64,000 nt of DNA from a virus. Its lineage: Duplodnaviria; Caudoviricetes. The notes beneath the pieces were generated by a model, which saw only the letters and a program-made list of their open reading frames with translations, was not told the DNA's origin and did not search any database. The stretch spans positions 48,403 to 112,402 of the IMG/VR virus record IMGVR_UViG_3300028591_000124; one strand, 5' to 3'. Positions 9,543 through 21,417 of the stretch are shown in pieces. Numbering within the stretch: the stretch's first letter is position 1; the number at the start of each line of letters is the position of its first letter. The position numbers were made by a program, and so were the translations under genes.

Positions 9543-10057
9543 AAGCTTTCCAGTATGTTTATCAGGTTTTGCACTGACGGAGCAACAACAGTCGTACCAG
9601 AGAAATTAAGATACGGAAGAGCCTGCGGGAACTGTTCCTTGACACGATTTTCGTATGCCAGTTCAGTTAAAACTGTCACGCAATCATTGTAAAAGCTTGA
9701 TGCTTTGCTTTCCAGCTCCCTCTTTTCACGCTGTATCTTTGTCAATTTCACATACTCCTTTGGATCAATGTTAATACAACGATAGAATGGATATGGGATA
9801 TTGCCAACGTAGATTTCAACATAGGATCCGCTACCGCCACCATCTGCATGAAAACTGATTCTATCACACTTTTGATAACAATCCCTGTGATTGTTGAAAG
9901 CATCACGTACCTCAGCAGGAATATATTTTTCAATAAGTTCATCTACATAAGAGAGAATGCTTTCTTGGATCTTCTTAATTTTTGGTTCAAACTTGTCTTG
10001 CTTCATTTCTCTGGCCGCTTTCTTGGCCATTTCCTTTGTAATTCTTTGGTTTGCCAT
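9539..10057 (-). CDS. hypothetical protein (Nmad5-like)
   Basis: RITKEM N-terminus and VKEQFPQA C-terminus; weak recognition. Confidence 0.45.
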   Translation of the reverse strand: MANQRITKEMAKKAAREMKQDKFEPKIKKIQESILSYVDELIEKYIPAEVRDAFNNHRDCYQKCDRISFHADGGGSGSYVEIYVGNIPYPFYRCINIDPKEYVKLTKIQREKRELESKASSFYNDCVTVLTELAYENRVKEQFPQALPYLNFSGTTVVAPSVQNLINILESL

Positions 10058-10244
10058 AACTATTTGAGATTAAATTTATTTTTTGTCTATATGGTGCTCA
10101 CAAGCAACATCCATCGGTTTGATGTATGCATTTGCCTGATAACCGCCACTCTTACTACGTTCTATCTGCAACTTCCATTGACAATAATATTGTTTCTTGT
10201 CGCCACGTATGCCTTTCCAGAAGAAATTGCAGAAGTCACAACTT

Positions 10245-10571
10245 TTACATCGCTTTGCTTTCATATTCTTTAATTGCTTCAAGTCCATGTTTGGTAATTT
10301 TGTATCCAGTGCCATGATACCCAGGATTGCGAGATTCCCAGCGTACCAATTTTCTTTTCTGTAGTTTGCTGAGATAAGAACCGGCACATAACCAAGCCTT
10401 TTTTCCAGCACAAGCACCATTACCGCTATTGGCTATAGCAGTAAACAAATACTTTTTATCTGGGTCATCGCCCCAGAACTTCATAGCGAAATTATTTGCT
10501 GACATAACCATGCAATAGTTCTTGGTGACTTCCAGAACCTTCAGAGCCTTATATGTTTTTGTTGTAATCAT
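10245..10571 (-). CDS. hypothetical winged-helix-like protein
   Basis: YLSKLQKRKLV...YKITKHG wing motif. Confidence 0.55.
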   Translation of the reverse strand: MITTKTYKALKVLEVTKNYCMVMSANNFAMKFWGDDPDKKYLFTAIANSGNGACAGKKAWLCAGSYLSKLQKRKLVRWESRNPGYHGTGYKITKHGLEAIKEYESKAM

Positions 10572-11371
10572 TGCAATAATTTGATTTGTGAATTGATAAC
10601 GAATTGGAGCTTATCCGGATCTTTAATAAAATCTTTGATTTGCTCATTCATCTTGCAGATGGCGATAAGAATATCATGGAAGAATTTAGCATTTTGCTCT
10701 GTATAATCTATTTCACGTTTACCATTCATACTAAACGCACCCCATTTATTACCTTCTTTATAAGCGTCCAGAATATCAAATGCTTTTAGTCCAAAATGGT
10801 TAAGTCTCATTCCATATTCCCCAAGTTTCTTGGAATCATCATAATTTATTACCCAGTAGAATGTCTTTACTTTTCCACTCTTGAATTTTATTACTTGTTT
10901 ATGATATACCTGAGCATAAACTCTAAATCCCCAACTTTCGCCTTCAGCTCTTTCAGTGCCTTCGTGCCAATTAGCACAACCATCTTTCAGTTCTTCATCC
11001 TTAACATAATATCCATTAGGAACAGGTATTCCCTCAGACATGCAATATGAACAGAATGTTTTGATTTGGTACAAAATAACATTTCGATCCTCCAAAATTT
11101 CCCCAGACACAGCTTCTTCAAGAATAGCTTCAAAATTCTTTTTCAATTCAGCGAGAGATGTGGCATAGAACGTTCCAGGCTTTCCAGTTCTTTTGTTAAT
11201 TGTTCCGCTCATATCAATGCCATAATCGAGTAGCATTTTTTGTTGTTCGTCATTCAGTGTGAAATAGAAATCACCATTTTTGGATACATTGATTTCCACC
11301 TCAACACCAATTTGTTCGTTATAATCAACAGAACTCCGAACAGATATTTTATGTTTGCCTAATTTTGCCAT
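10568..11371 (-). CDS. hypothetical protein
   Basis: 267-aa ORF in (-) run. Confidence 0.8.
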   Translation of the reverse strand: MAKLGKHKISVRSSVDYNEQIGVEVEINVSKNGDFYFTLNDEQQKMLLDYGIDMSGTINKRTGKPGTFYATSLAELKKNFEAILEEAVSGEILEDRNVILYQIKTFCSYCMSEGIPVPNGYYVKDEELKDGCANWHEGTERAEGESWGFRVYAQVYHKQVIKFKSGKVKTFYWVINYDDSKKLGEYGMRLNHFGLKAFDILDAYKEGNKWGAFSMNGKREIDYTEQNAKFFHDILIAICKMNEQIKDFIKDPDKLQFVINSQIKLLQ

Positions 11372-11383
11372 TGTTGTTGATTT

Positions 11384-11896
11384 TTAAATTAAATTTTGTT
11401 TTTTGAGCACACTCAATAATTCTACGCAAGCATCAATCAGATACTCATGAATATTCGTTTCAATGCAAATTTCAGTAGTATATGTGCTCCGGTATCCCAA
11501 CCAATACTGAGTGTCTGATTCCTTTGAGAATACAAATTCCGCTTCAGACTCATCATCAAAGACAACCATCTGCGGTAATTCATCCATAAGTGCCGTCAGA
11601 GACCAGGCTGGGATGTCTTGACCGTATAACCGGTCAAATTGCTCTTTAGCACTAATTTGCTCAGGCTCTTTACCAAGAAATCTTTGTACGAACGTATCTG
11701 AAACCTTAGCTATTTTTTCATACATCTTAATGGCTTCGCCTTCGAAGAAATGAGGTTTGAACGGCTTTAATTCCCATTCCAATGTTTTAGCCCTGGAATG
11801 GGTATGATGCCAAGTCATATCGGCTGTATGAGGATTAATCCCAATTTTCATGAGCTGCTGAGATTGTTCGCGCGAGGTGCAAATTCTCTGTTCCAT
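11384..11896 (-). CDS. conserved Bacteroidota-phage hypothetical protein
   Basis: TSREQS..TADM..PAWSL motifs. Confidence 0.75.
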   Translation of the reverse strand: MEQRICTSREQSQQLMKIGINPHTADMTWHHTHSRAKTLEWELKPFKPHFFEGEAIKMYEKIAKVSDTFVQRFLGKEPEQISAKEQFDRLYGQDIPAWSLTALMDELPQMVVFDDESEAEFVFSKESDTQYWLGYRSTYTTEICIETNIHEYLIDACVELLSVLKKQNLI

Positions 11897-11899
11897 ATA

Positions 11900-12502
11900 T
11901 TACCGATTCAAATGTTTGTTGAACATAAGTAAATCCATAGATTCAATCTGGTATCCAGAATATAGAGTTGTGTCGGCCCACCCAATTTGTATTTTTATTT
12001 TGTGGGCTTTGCAAATATCAGCGATGGCAAACTTCTGAGATTTAGTTGCTGCTCCATCACCAGCCAATACTTTCGTTGGGTCAAATTTTAAGTAATCCAA
12101 TTTCTCCAGATCCCATTCCTCGTTGAACGATTCTTTGCCAATTCTCTTGCAAATTTCGATTGCAAGAACATGGTGGTCATTTTTGTTGTTATATGACTGA
12201 TGACCAAATATCTCGCCATCCGGAGAAATCCACCCGCAAACCACATTTTCAGGTTTTGATGGCCTAATGATTCCATAGGGTTCGACTATTGTATTGTCAT
12301 CTTCCACATATACATCATTCATGCCTACCAGTTTCTTGTTGCCAAGAACAATTTCTGTAGCCAGATCAACCGGAAAATCAATAATTGCCTTAGTCAAGAA
12401 ACCAACGCCTTGCGACAGATCATTGGTTTCTTTATATTTTTCACGGGCCAGATTTGTAATAAACTCGCCCTCAACAGAAAAACAAATTCCAGCCATAATC
12501 AA
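11900..12502 (-). CDS. hypothetical protein
   Basis: 200-aa ORF with GWISPDG..H motif. Confidence 0.75.
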   Translation of the reverse strand: MIMAGICFSVEGEFITNLAREKYKETNDLSQGVGFLTKAIIDFPVDLATEIVLGNKKLVGMNDVYVEDDNTIVEPYGIIRPSKPENVVCGWISPDGEIFGHQSYNNKNDHHVLAIEICKRIGKESFNEEWDLEKLDYLKFDPTKVLAGDGAATKSQKFAIADICKAHKIKIQIGWADTTLYSGYQIESMDLLMFNKHLNR

Positions 12503-13053
12503 TATGATTTGCCATGAAGCATGGCGCGGTTCTCATTGTACTTCATCTTAGTCTCGATATGCCATACCAAGTCTATATTAAGGAACTTGGCCCAGCACTC
12601 AATAAACGAGAGAGTCATACCCAGCATTTTGTCATCTGGGATGTTGGGGAACGTAATCATGTTGCACAGAGAATAACCGGCATAGGTGAACGACTTGTCG
12701 CCAAAAATTCCAACCCATTCACTATAAATATCATCACTGATTGGATTAATCGGCATCAGATTGTATTCGCCTGCATAATCACACAAACGGATAAATGCAT
12801 CTGCCAGTTCCTCAGCAACGGACCCTTTTATATATTGTTCATATCGCTCATTGAAGTCTGGCCACACATTCGTGCGCTCTTCAAAATCCTCAATACCATT
12901 GTAATGATTACCTTTACGGTCAGCTTCAACGGCCTCTGAGACTTCACACATCACCAGCATCAGCCAGTGTTCCTTGCAGCGTTTTTCTTGATGAAAACCA
13001 TGCTGTGAGGCAATTCTATACGCCTCGTCAATGTAATGCTTGATATTTTCCAT
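12499..13053 (-). CDS. MazG-like nucleotide pyrophosphohydrolase
   Basis: EVSEAVEADRK and EELADAFIRLCD; C-terminal KMKYNENR..HGK. Confidence 0.8.
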   Translation of the reverse strand: MENIKHYIDEAYRIASQHGFHQEKRCKEHWLMLVMCEVSEAVEADRKGNHYNGIEDFEERTNVWPDFNERYEQYIKGSVAEELADAFIRLCDYAGEYNLMPINPISDDIYSEWVGIFGDKSFTYAGYSLCNMITFPNIPDDKMLGMTLSFIECWAKFLNIDLVWHIETKMKYNENRAMLHGKSY

Positions 13054-13314
13054 ATTAATCTGTTATTTCTTCAAATTCTTCTTCTGATACTTCTGATGAC
13101 ATACGTTCTTTCAAACCACGCTTGAATTCCAGGAACATTGCTTCCGGAACCTCTTGGAAGTTTACGACGTGAAAATCAACGACATTGTTTTCCAGCATAA
13201 CGCTGTTTTCAATATCGATGATGGGGCAAAAATCACAATCCGAACCAACAATGCCGTTTTTGTGGACTATCTGGCCGTCTTGTGTACCCATTCCAAAATA
13301 AAACCAGTATTTTT

Positions 13315-13878
13315 TCATTTTAGGTGTTCTTTGATATTCTCTTTAAATATTTTCTCTGCCTTATTGCAAAGCATCTTATACATGTTGTCACAGTGATCGC
13401 CCCACGCATTCAAATTCATAACATCCTCAGATTCCTGTAGGAACTTCAGCTTCTCTTTGGCTTTCTTGTTTGCCTCTTTCAGATCATCGAAAATCTCAAC
13501 AGAAAGCGTGGCATCAAATTTCTTTATTGCGTCATTCATATCCAAAACACAACTCTCCAGGAGATCAGCTGTCATGAAAGCTGCAATATACAAAATATTC
13601 ATTTTGTTTTTCAGCTCAATCGGGAGGTTCAACTGGTTTACATTGATTTTCTTTGCCTCTTCCTGAGCGTCCTTGATATATATTTCAAAAGCCCTTTGAT
13701 AGAGATTGTTCAGTTTCTCTTTCATTTGCATCGCCTGGACGAACTGACGTTTGGCTATGTATTCGTCATACTTCCTTTGAAGCTTCTGGATGTCACGGTC
13801 TTTGCCGACAACCTCATAAAACCTTTTCTCCAAATCTGGAGTTGAGAACTGTATGTTGTATTGATTTGCTAAATTCAT
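13315..13878 (-). CDS. hypothetical helical protein
   Basis: ORF track 13315-13911; the ATG overlapping the RNase H stop is the more plausible start. Confidence 0.7.
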   Translation of the reverse strand: MNLANQYNIQFSTPDLEKRFYEVVGKDRDIQKLQRKYDEYIAKRQFVQAMQMKEKLNNLYQRAFEIYIKDAQEEAKKINVNQLNLPIELKNKMNILYIAAFMTADLLESCVLDMNDAIKKFDATLSVEIFDDLKEANKKAKEKLKFLQESEDVMNLNAWGDHCDNMYKMLCNKAEKIFKENIKEHLK

Positions 13879-14270
13879 TTTCTTCCAAAATCTGCTGCTA
13901 TTTCTCCCCAATTCTTATTATCCCAATGAATTACCTTGATGTCTTTGATTTTTTCATCCATGATACGGATAAACGACTCGGCTTTCATTAGTTCCATATT
14001 ACGCTTGCCAGATGCCGTCTTACGGTTAATGAACCATGTGATAGCAACCATCGAATCAGAAAAAATAACCTTTGGTGTATATCCTGTTTCATAGATATGC
14101 TTCACACCTTCCACGATAGCAAGAAACTCACCGATGTTTACGGTCTGGTTGCCAAGTTTCTCATGGAAGATAACCTTGCCGGTCTTCAGGTCAACACCAC
14201 GATATTCAGTCATTCTATTCTTGGTCGAATGAGCTGCATCAACGGCTATGCCTTGTGTTCTGTCAATCAT
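13875..14270 (-). CDS. rnhA: ribonuclease HI
   Basis: AVDAA, EYRGVD, NIGEFLA, SDS and WGEIAADFGRK motifs of Bacteroides/Bacillus-type RNase HI. Confidence 0.92.
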   Translation of the reverse strand: MIDRTQGIAVDAAHSTKNRMTEYRGVDLKTGKVIFHEKLGNQTVNIGEFLAIVEGVKHIYETGYTPKVIFSDSMVAITWFINRKTASGKRNMELMKAESFIRIMDEKIKDIKVIHWDNKNWGEIAADFGRK

Positions 14271-14776
14271 AACTGGTGTTTTCTATAATCCTTATATATA
14301 GCACACACCATATTTGCAGAGCGCAGAAAAGCATCGATGACCTGTTCTTTGTCACGGATGTCGTTACGCTCATTCAAAGCCTTCAGTGCGCCTTCTACAG
14401 TCTTTCTGGAATCATCCAGACCATATTGGGGATCATATATTATAGATTTGTTTCCAAATTTGACGGTAACCTTGAAACGATTGCTGGTTACAACTGTGTC
14501 AACAACAGCTGGAAACAAACACAGATCAACTTCAACAGCAATAAACCCATTACCGTTTTTCATAGGTTTGAGGCCACAGTCATAAAGTGCATTTTCCACA
14601 ATACTATTGGCCAAAACCGAATCTGGGATTACAACTTTTTTCTTTACGGGAGCGTCTTCACGGCATCCCATATAGACTCCTTTTTCATTCTTTGTTACGT
14701 AGCCCACCAGGGTTACATTGTCTTTTGCGGACCGTTTGAATTTAATCTTGGTCCGAATCAATTCTGTCTGACTCAT
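14267..14776 (-). CDS. hypothetical protein
   Basis: 169-aa ORF with ATGA overlap to rnhA. Confidence 0.75.
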   Translation of the reverse strand: MSQTELIRTKIKFKRSAKDNVTLVGYVTKNEKGVYMGCREDAPVKKKVVIPDSVLANSIVENALYDCGLKPMKNGNGFIAVEVDLCLFPAVVDTVVTSNRFKVTVKFGNKSIIYDPQYGLDDSRKTVEGALKALNERNDIRDKEQVIDAFLRSANMVCAIYKDYRKHQL

Positions 14777-15191
14777 CTCCTATCAATTAAAATAATACAA
14801 CTAAAATTCTGGATGCCAGCATAAAACAACTGACATCCAGAAATAGCTGACCTGGAAAAAACCAGGTTTTTAGTTTAACTCCTATTAATTGGTTTTAACT
14901 TCGATTAGTAGTCTGCCATTTCGTACTCTTCAAGTTCACTGAGATCTGGGAGTTCGTATTCGCCATCGACATTGATATGAAGAACCAATCTGACCGACTT
15001 ACCTTGCTCATGCATATTTTGAACGAGTTCTTCCATCCTCCTTTCACCAATGAGAATCGGTTCACAATTTTCGGCAAGGTTCTTGGAGCCAATCACAAGC
15101 TTGTCTCCACATCGGAATATCACATAATCATAATACCCCTGCCCATAGTATTTGAACAGGTGGTAGAAATCGTCATTACTACACATAAGCC

Positions 15192-15584
15192 TTAAAATTG
15201 AGGTAAGGATTCAGCATTACACCGTGTACACACCCCACCAGTACGTTTTGCCATAGAGACGGATATTCGTACACCGCACATCTTACAGAAACACATCTTG
15301 CCTTTGTAGTTTTTGTACGCCATATTACGGACATCACGAAGGGAAAGATTGTACTCTTTTGACAGGGCCACCAGAATTTCGCTCTCACCGAATTTTCCCT
15401 TGCTTTTGGCGATATGCCTTTTGTAATTAAGAAAATCCTGTCTTATTACCATTCCCTTGATCCTGGGAACATTCAGTAGCCCCTGTTCATTCATCCTCCT
15501 AAGCAAATCAATAGGGATCTCATAAATAGCACTTGCCTTAAGAAGATCCTTTTCTCTTAGAATTTCCTTTATTTCCGCTTCCAT
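15192..15584 (-). CDS. hypothetical HTH plus Zn-finger protein
   Basis: LSKEYNLS helix-turn-helix-like segment and CxxC-x14-CxxC. Confidence 0.6.
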   Translation of the reverse strand: MEAEIKEILREKDLLKASAIYEIPIDLLRRMNEQGLLNVPRIKGMVIRQDFLNYKRHIAKSKGKFGESEILVALSKEYNLSLRDVRNMAYKNYKGKMCFCKMCGVRISVSMAKRTGGVCTRCNAESLPQF

Positions 15585-16879
15585 ACACTTTGAATTTTAC
15601 TTCGATTGTGACATTTGTAGCAACACGAATATCGTTCCAGGCATTGAAAAGCATATCCAATACGATAGTGTCTGTTTGCTGCGGAGTTATGGTGCTAAGG
15701 TTATACTTATCCATTTTGAGAATCTGAACCATATCATCATAGAATTCATTTTCCGGTGTTATATCCGTAAGCTCAAACGGTTTTCCAGTATCACTCAGAA
15801 ACGTTTTGCACATTCTGAGAAACCTCATATAGCTATCATACGCTTTCTCTGTCTCCTTTAGGTGCCCCATATATTGAATCGTAAAGTTTTACACCACACC
15901 TGGTAGAGAATATCACATCCCAGGCTATACACAAAAATAAAAAAGAAAGCCGGAGTATTAACGGCCCAAATAAAATAGCTGTCAATACTCCGGTCAAGAT
16001 GATTAACCTATTCATTTCTTATTCCTTAAATCCAAGATTTCTTAGAATTTCGTTCAACAATCCCAACAATATTCCACCAAGTTTGCCAAATGCGACAACC
16101 AAGAACAGAATAACAAGCATCCATGTCAACACCCAGTCCACCATATTACTTATTGATTATGTCCATATTTGGCATCCAGTTCACGGGCAAACCGCTCAGG
16201 ATTTTCTTCATACCTTCCAGTCTCAGAATTGTAATACAAACCAGCAGCATTCATTGATTTTTCCCTTTCTGTATCAGAACGTCCAGATTTTTCATGAAAC
16301 CACTCGCCTGCATCATGGAACCCATCATTCAACTGTTCGGTTCCAGATTTGTCAGTGGGGACCATCAAAGCACCCCACTCAAATATTCCTCCACCAATAA
16401 TAATGAATAATCTGATGGCCACATAAACACTTACAATTATGATTGCTGTTTTTATTATGCGATTCATTTTTGATTATCAATTACCGTTATTTCAAATTCC
16501 AACCTTGCCATGAGAAGACAGAATCGCTTAATGCCTATCGAAACAGACTTGTCCTTGACTGTGTGATAGTCTATGCCCTCATTAATCAAATCGCCATCAG
16601 ACAATTTGAAAAAATCCATACCTCTTTGAATGGCATAATGGACTTTTTCTGGGCCGTCCAGCACAACTCTTTCACCGAACACATTATTGGTGACAACAAG
16701 CAGCATCTTCCGCTCATGCAAATAATCAATGAGTGTACCAGTCCTGTAATTGCCGCCACTCTTTTTAGGGTGCTCAATGGTGGAAACAATGTGCTCCGAT
16801 AGTTTTTTGGGAACCAACTTATAACCCTTGCGGGTTTCAAGTATCCCCATGATCATTTTGCTGATTCCGAACCTGTCCG

Positions 16880-17119
16880 TCATAATGCAATTGCCTCTTG
16901 AACTTCGTCAATGGCGGTCTCCAAGTCTGATACGGCATCACGAATCTTATCCGCAATTTCCTCAAACTGGTCATGTTTTTCAGACATCTGCATGTTTTCA
17001 GGCATGTTATCTGCCTTTTCCTGCTCTTCGTCTGCTAACTGTTCCAGTGTATCCTTGTGTGCCTGGAGTTCATCAACGATTTCTTCTAACTGTTTTCTTG
17101 TTTTCTTATTCATTTGCAA
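16880..17119 (-). CDS. conserved phage helical-hairpin protein
   Basis: DEEQEKADNMPEN motif; TACTTTTG promoter-like element at the start. Confidence 0.7.
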   Translation of the reverse strand: MQMNKKTRKQLEEIVDELQAHKDTLEQLADEEQEKADNMPENMQMSEKHDQFEEIADKIRDAVSDLETAIDEVQEAIAL

Positions 17120-17722
17120 AAGTAATTAAAATATATGAAACTTGTCTATTCTATTAAGAAAAATTAAGCCAGCCATCTTCACAGACAGCTGGCCTCACGA
17201 TGAAACAAACCACTTTGTGTAAAATGATTAGCTTATAGTTCTTCAATCGCCGCTTTTATCTGAGTAATACGAGTTGCAACCAGCTCTTCAAAAAGGGCAA
17301 TTCCTTCAGGGTCATCCGTTCCAATATATGACATACCAGGAATCAATTGGTCAAGTCTGATCTTCACGGGGTAGTTCTGTTTACTCTGCAACATAAGCTG
17401 CATTCTCTCATAGGTACTAAGCAACTGAAAAAGTCGCTCTGCACTGGGAATTTTGTTTGTATCCATATTTCTTATATTTTAAAATGGTTTCTATAAAGAA
17501 ATAGCTGGAAATACCACAGCTATAATATTCTGCACCAATATTTCTCAATTTCCATTGTCAGGCCACCGTTCCGCTTATTATTCCAGTGGGATTCAAGTTC
17601 TTTCAGTGACATGGTGCCTGTACAATAGTCTGGGAAGTCACTTGGACGCATCAGTTCAACCTCCATTCTCGAATATCGGTTGACAGAAAAAAGATATACT
17701 ATTTTTTCATCCATACTCTTTA

Positions 17723-18310
17723 TTATGAGAATTCTTTGATAATTCGTTTGCAAAATTCGCTTTCTGTCAATTCAAAATACTCAGTCGGGCAATATGCATA
17801 GATAAGAGAGTCCTCTATTTCAGCAGAGCGATCAACCGGGTCACCATCATCACCTATAAGGATCTTTGACAATGAATTTTCAACGATAAGCCAATCACAG
17901 CCTTTATCCATTTCATCGGGACTTACAACGAGTGCGGATTTGTAGGCTTTGTTATCATAATAAGTGAGCTCGCAAGGCACAATCGGGTCCTCAGCATAGA
18001 AGTCCACGTATATGCGTTCAAATCCAGCTTGTAACCTTGCGTTTGCGCTCACATAAGGTCTTGTATTAGTTGCACAGTAGATGTCGTAAGGCTCACCCAG
18101 TATATTGCCGCTACCATCCATATATTCACCTTGATAAACCACCGCCTCTACAACTCTCTCGTCACCCATGAATTCCTTTACAATGTCCTGGGCAGCTTGA
18201 ATTGCAGCATCCATACTGTCATAAGGATTGGCGCACATCTTATGATTGATGCCTTCCTCATTGAGAATGTCGCTGAGGTCAATGGTCCATATTTCTTTTC
18301 GTTCTTTCAT
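17723..18310 (-). CDS. hypothetical acidic protein
   Basis: 195-aa ORF in (-) run. Confidence 0.7.
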   Translation of the reverse strand: MKERKEIWTIDLSDILNEEGINHKMCANPYDSMDAAIQAAQDIVKEFMGDERVVEAVVYQGEYMDGSGNILGEPYDIYCATNTRPYVSANARLQAGFERIYVDFYAEDPIVPCELTYYDNKAYKSALVVSPDEMDKGCDWLIVENSLSKILIGDDGDPVDRSAEIEDSLIYAYCPTEYFELTESEFCKRIIKEFS

Positions 18311-19157
18311 AATCGTGTCGTTTTTGTTGTTTTAGAATAGTTGTCCTATAATTCCTGGAAGCAGCTCTTTCAATCTCAGCACAGCTTCCTTGAACGTATC
18401 GAAACTCTCGCTGTCATCATTAATCTCCAGAAAATATTTTTCCAATTGTGGATTGTGATGAATCTCGATGATCGGACATGCCCAGTCATCGTTTGAAAAA
18501 TGTGGTTTAATCATCGTTTTTAAAATAGAATTCTTGAACTAAACAGCCGTCATGTTTCAGACGGTCCCAATACTCACAATATATACTTGTGCTGTCATCA
18601 GTAGAATCATACTCCTTTAACCTTTCCAGAAGTATGTTATATGTTTCCTGAACATCGCTCTCAGTGTATTGCTCAGGCATAATATTCCACCACAACGCAT
18701 TATTTTGAATACGTGCCAGAACAACACACTTATTAACAAAGCCGACATAGGATTTATCTTTGTGGCCTCCACAAATACAATTGTGGTCATCAAAGATCAT
18801 TTCTATCCAGTCGCTTGTCACGTTCTTTTCATCAATTGGTGCCGGAATCTTTTTCATGTGTATCTTGTATTTACAGTTACAGACTGAATATCAGAAATAA
18901 CATCGTCTTCCCAAGTGATAGCTTTGATAGGTTCGAGTGTTTTCTGTCTGTTCTCAATATCGAATTTCAGTTCAACTTCATAAATGACACCTGGATGATC
19001 AGGATGGCCTTCGAAGAACAGAGACCAATAACCGTCCTCATAGCACTCCATTGAAGTGTCGAATGCATCATTTTTCTTACTGTTACTCAGCTCATTCAGA
19101 GTCTCTTTAAGAATCGCCGTCTTCTTGATTGTCTGACCATTACTGAGAAACTGACAC

Positions 19158-19670
19158 TTAATTTGAATCATAGTGATGTTCTGTTTCAACGCCCTCTTCA
19201 AATACACACTTCAAGCCACGTTTCGCTGTATCACGAATCAAGCAGCCACTTCTATCAGTAATGTAGTTAGGCTCTCCAGTATCTTTATCCCAACAAGAAG
19301 GAACACCGATTTTATCTGGAATCAAAGCGCATAAAACACCATCGTCTTCAGAACTTTCATATCCATTATAACCATTGATGTAAGCACCTCTTCCAGAATA
19401 TAACTGGCCATTGAAATAATAAGAGCCAAGCACACCACCTCTTGCAACAAAGAGTTTCTTGAAGTCTGTTTCAACCTCAATTCCTTCCTCCACACAATCT
19501 TTGAGAAATTCTTCAACTTCCTCTCTGGTCATGTGAATCCATTCCTGATTCTTGCCCTCTATGCCGACAAATCCTTCCATGTGATAGTCGGTAGGGTCAA
19601 GTCTGTAATCGGATGCCTGGAGGCTCTTATAGAACTCCTCCAGGATCCATTTTGAAGTGTAACTAAGCAT
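19158..19670 (-). CDS. hypothetical protein
   Basis: 170-aa ORF starting 1 nt after the thyX stop. Confidence 0.7.
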   Translation of the reverse strand: MLSYTSKWILEEFYKSLQASDYRLDPTDYHMEGFVGIEGKNQEWIHMTREEVEEFLKDCVEEGIEVETDFKKLFVARGGVLGSYYFNGQLYSGRGAYINGYNGYESSEDDGVLCALIPDKIGVPSCWDKDTGEPNYITDRSGCLIRDTAKRGLKCVFEEGVETEHHYDSN

Positions 19671-19671
19671 C

Positions 19672-20571
19672 TTATTCAGGTTTTGTTATGTAACCACGCT
19701 CAATGAACATCTGTTCGAGTTGGACTGCCAGGAACTGAGCGTCTGGGTGTGGTTTACCGGTAGTTCCTCGGCTACGCAAATCGAAGAAATGATCCCAATC
19801 AGAAACAAATGCTGTGTGTACAAGAGTTGTGTTGGTATCCAGAGGGAGAATTGTTCGCGCTTGCTGTGCTGGCCATCCAAGCTTTGTCAATTCCAGATAC
19901 GCTTTCTCACAGAATACATTGGCCATAAGCCACCAATCAAGAGCACCCCATTCTTTGTGATGATCACCAAATTCAATCCCTCTCACAAGATCCTCAAATG
20001 TTGGCAATTCATTTGGGGTGTCAATCCATGTCGGAACATTGATGGCAATCTCGTTACCATACTTTTCCTTAGAGTAGTTACAGTAGCGAGTTGATTCTTC
20101 AGCAATTGAGTTGACACGATGGCGATTGAACTCACGGGTGATGGCAATCTGGGTGGTGAATCTTGCCGTAACACGTTTCTCGTGGTCCTCCGTCGGTTCA
20201 CACAGATATTTCAGGTCATCCAACCATCCATGCTCAATCAGCACCCTGTAATTGGTGGTGATGCAATAGTCGTTGTTCTTGTTGAGCCGAAGTATGCTAT
20301 ACGGATTCTCACCATAGTTGCTGATGACCCAATTCCCCATGATCAGATTCTCAGAATCCAGCCTGGGAATGAGCAAATAAACGGTGCCATGTTCCAGCAT
20401 CGCATAATGTTTTGATTCAATCATGCGGTCCACAAATGGCTTTGCAGTACCCTCACCAATGAGGTGTGAACTCTGGTAGCAGTTACGGCCTGCTGCCTCA
20501 ATAGCCTTGTACATTCCTTCGAGACCTGGGCCTTGCTCCAGAATCTCAACTTTTGGTTCGATAAATTTCAT
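19672..20571 (-). CDS. thyX: flavin-dependent thymidylate synthase
   Basis: HYAMLEH, REFNRHR-x7-STRY and ARTILP ThyX motifs. Confidence 0.95.
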   Translation of the reverse strand: MKFIEPKVEILEQGPGLEGMYKAIEAAGRNCYQSSHLIGEGTAKPFVDRMIESKHYAMLEHGTVYLLIPRLDSENLIMGNWVISNYGENPYSILRLNKNNDYCITTNYRVLIEHGWLDDLKYLCEPTEDHEKRVTARFTTQIAITREFNRHRVNSIAEESTRYCNYSKEKYGNEIAINVPTWIDTPNELPTFEDLVRGIEFGDHHKEWGALDWWLMANVFCEKAYLELTKLGWPAQQARTILPLDTNTTLVHTAFVSDWDHFFDLRSRGTTGKPHPDAQFLAVQLEQMFIERGYITKPE

Positions 20572-20838
20572 GTTTTAATTCTTTAATAGTTTAAAATATA
20601 TCTACTGATACACAATTCATAGTTACACGCAGTTCGATGGGTCTGTTCTCAGAATACACATGGTATTCAGTCTGCTCATAATCATACGTCGGCGCATTGA
20701 AATTACGTTCTTCTGCTTCAGAACGAATCTGCATCACTATGTCATTAAAACGCTTGCGGGCACCATCTTCTGTTGTGAAAAGATCAGCGTCCGAATATAA
20801 CTCATCTTCATAAGAAGAATAATTCACAACCCAGATAT

Positions 20839-21417
20839 TCATTTTTTCTCCCTTTCTGTTAAATAATCGAATGTTTCCATACACTCATGGATTATCCCCA
20901 ACTGAAGTCTGGCACGTTCCTCATATAATTCACACAGAGTCCAGTTTCCATTACCATATTCTTCAGCCGCGCAACTGTCTTCATCAGCTTCTCCGTCAAG
21001 AATTTTGTCGATGTCATCAACATACGATAACTCATCACTGGGAAGAGACACAAGCTGATGCTCTTCCATGAATATCGGATATAGAGTATCAAACACCTTG
21101 GCAATAAGGCTTTGTCGCTCATTCATCTTGATTCCAAGATGTTCTTTCAATATACTGGCCACATTGACCAGCCATTCATCAGGAAGCGATGCAACGCGAA
21201 TATCACCTTCCATATTTCCATCGGCACCATGAAATAACCACTCCTTGCAATCCTGAGAATTGTTTCCAAGAAATGCCGACTCAACCTCAAATCCATTTGG
21301 CAATGTTAATTTAATGTCGGCTGCAAAGAAATTGCGCTCTTCCAGTAATTCAAGAAGTGCAACCACGATGTCTTCAGAGCTGTCATTCCAATGAACTTTT
21401 ATATCTTTTCTTTCCAT
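20839..21417 (-). CDS. hypothetical acidic protein
   Basis: 192-aa ORF in (-) run. Confidence 0.7.
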   Translation of the reverse strand: MERKDIKVHWNDSSEDIVVALLELLEERNFFAADIKLTLPNGFEVESAFLGNNSQDCKEWLFHGADGNMEGDIRVASLPDEWLVNVASILKEHLGIKMNERQSLIAKVFDTLYPIFMEEHQLVSLPSDELSYVDDIDKILDGEADEDSCAAEEYGNGNWTLCELYEERARLQLGIIHECMETFDYLTEREKK

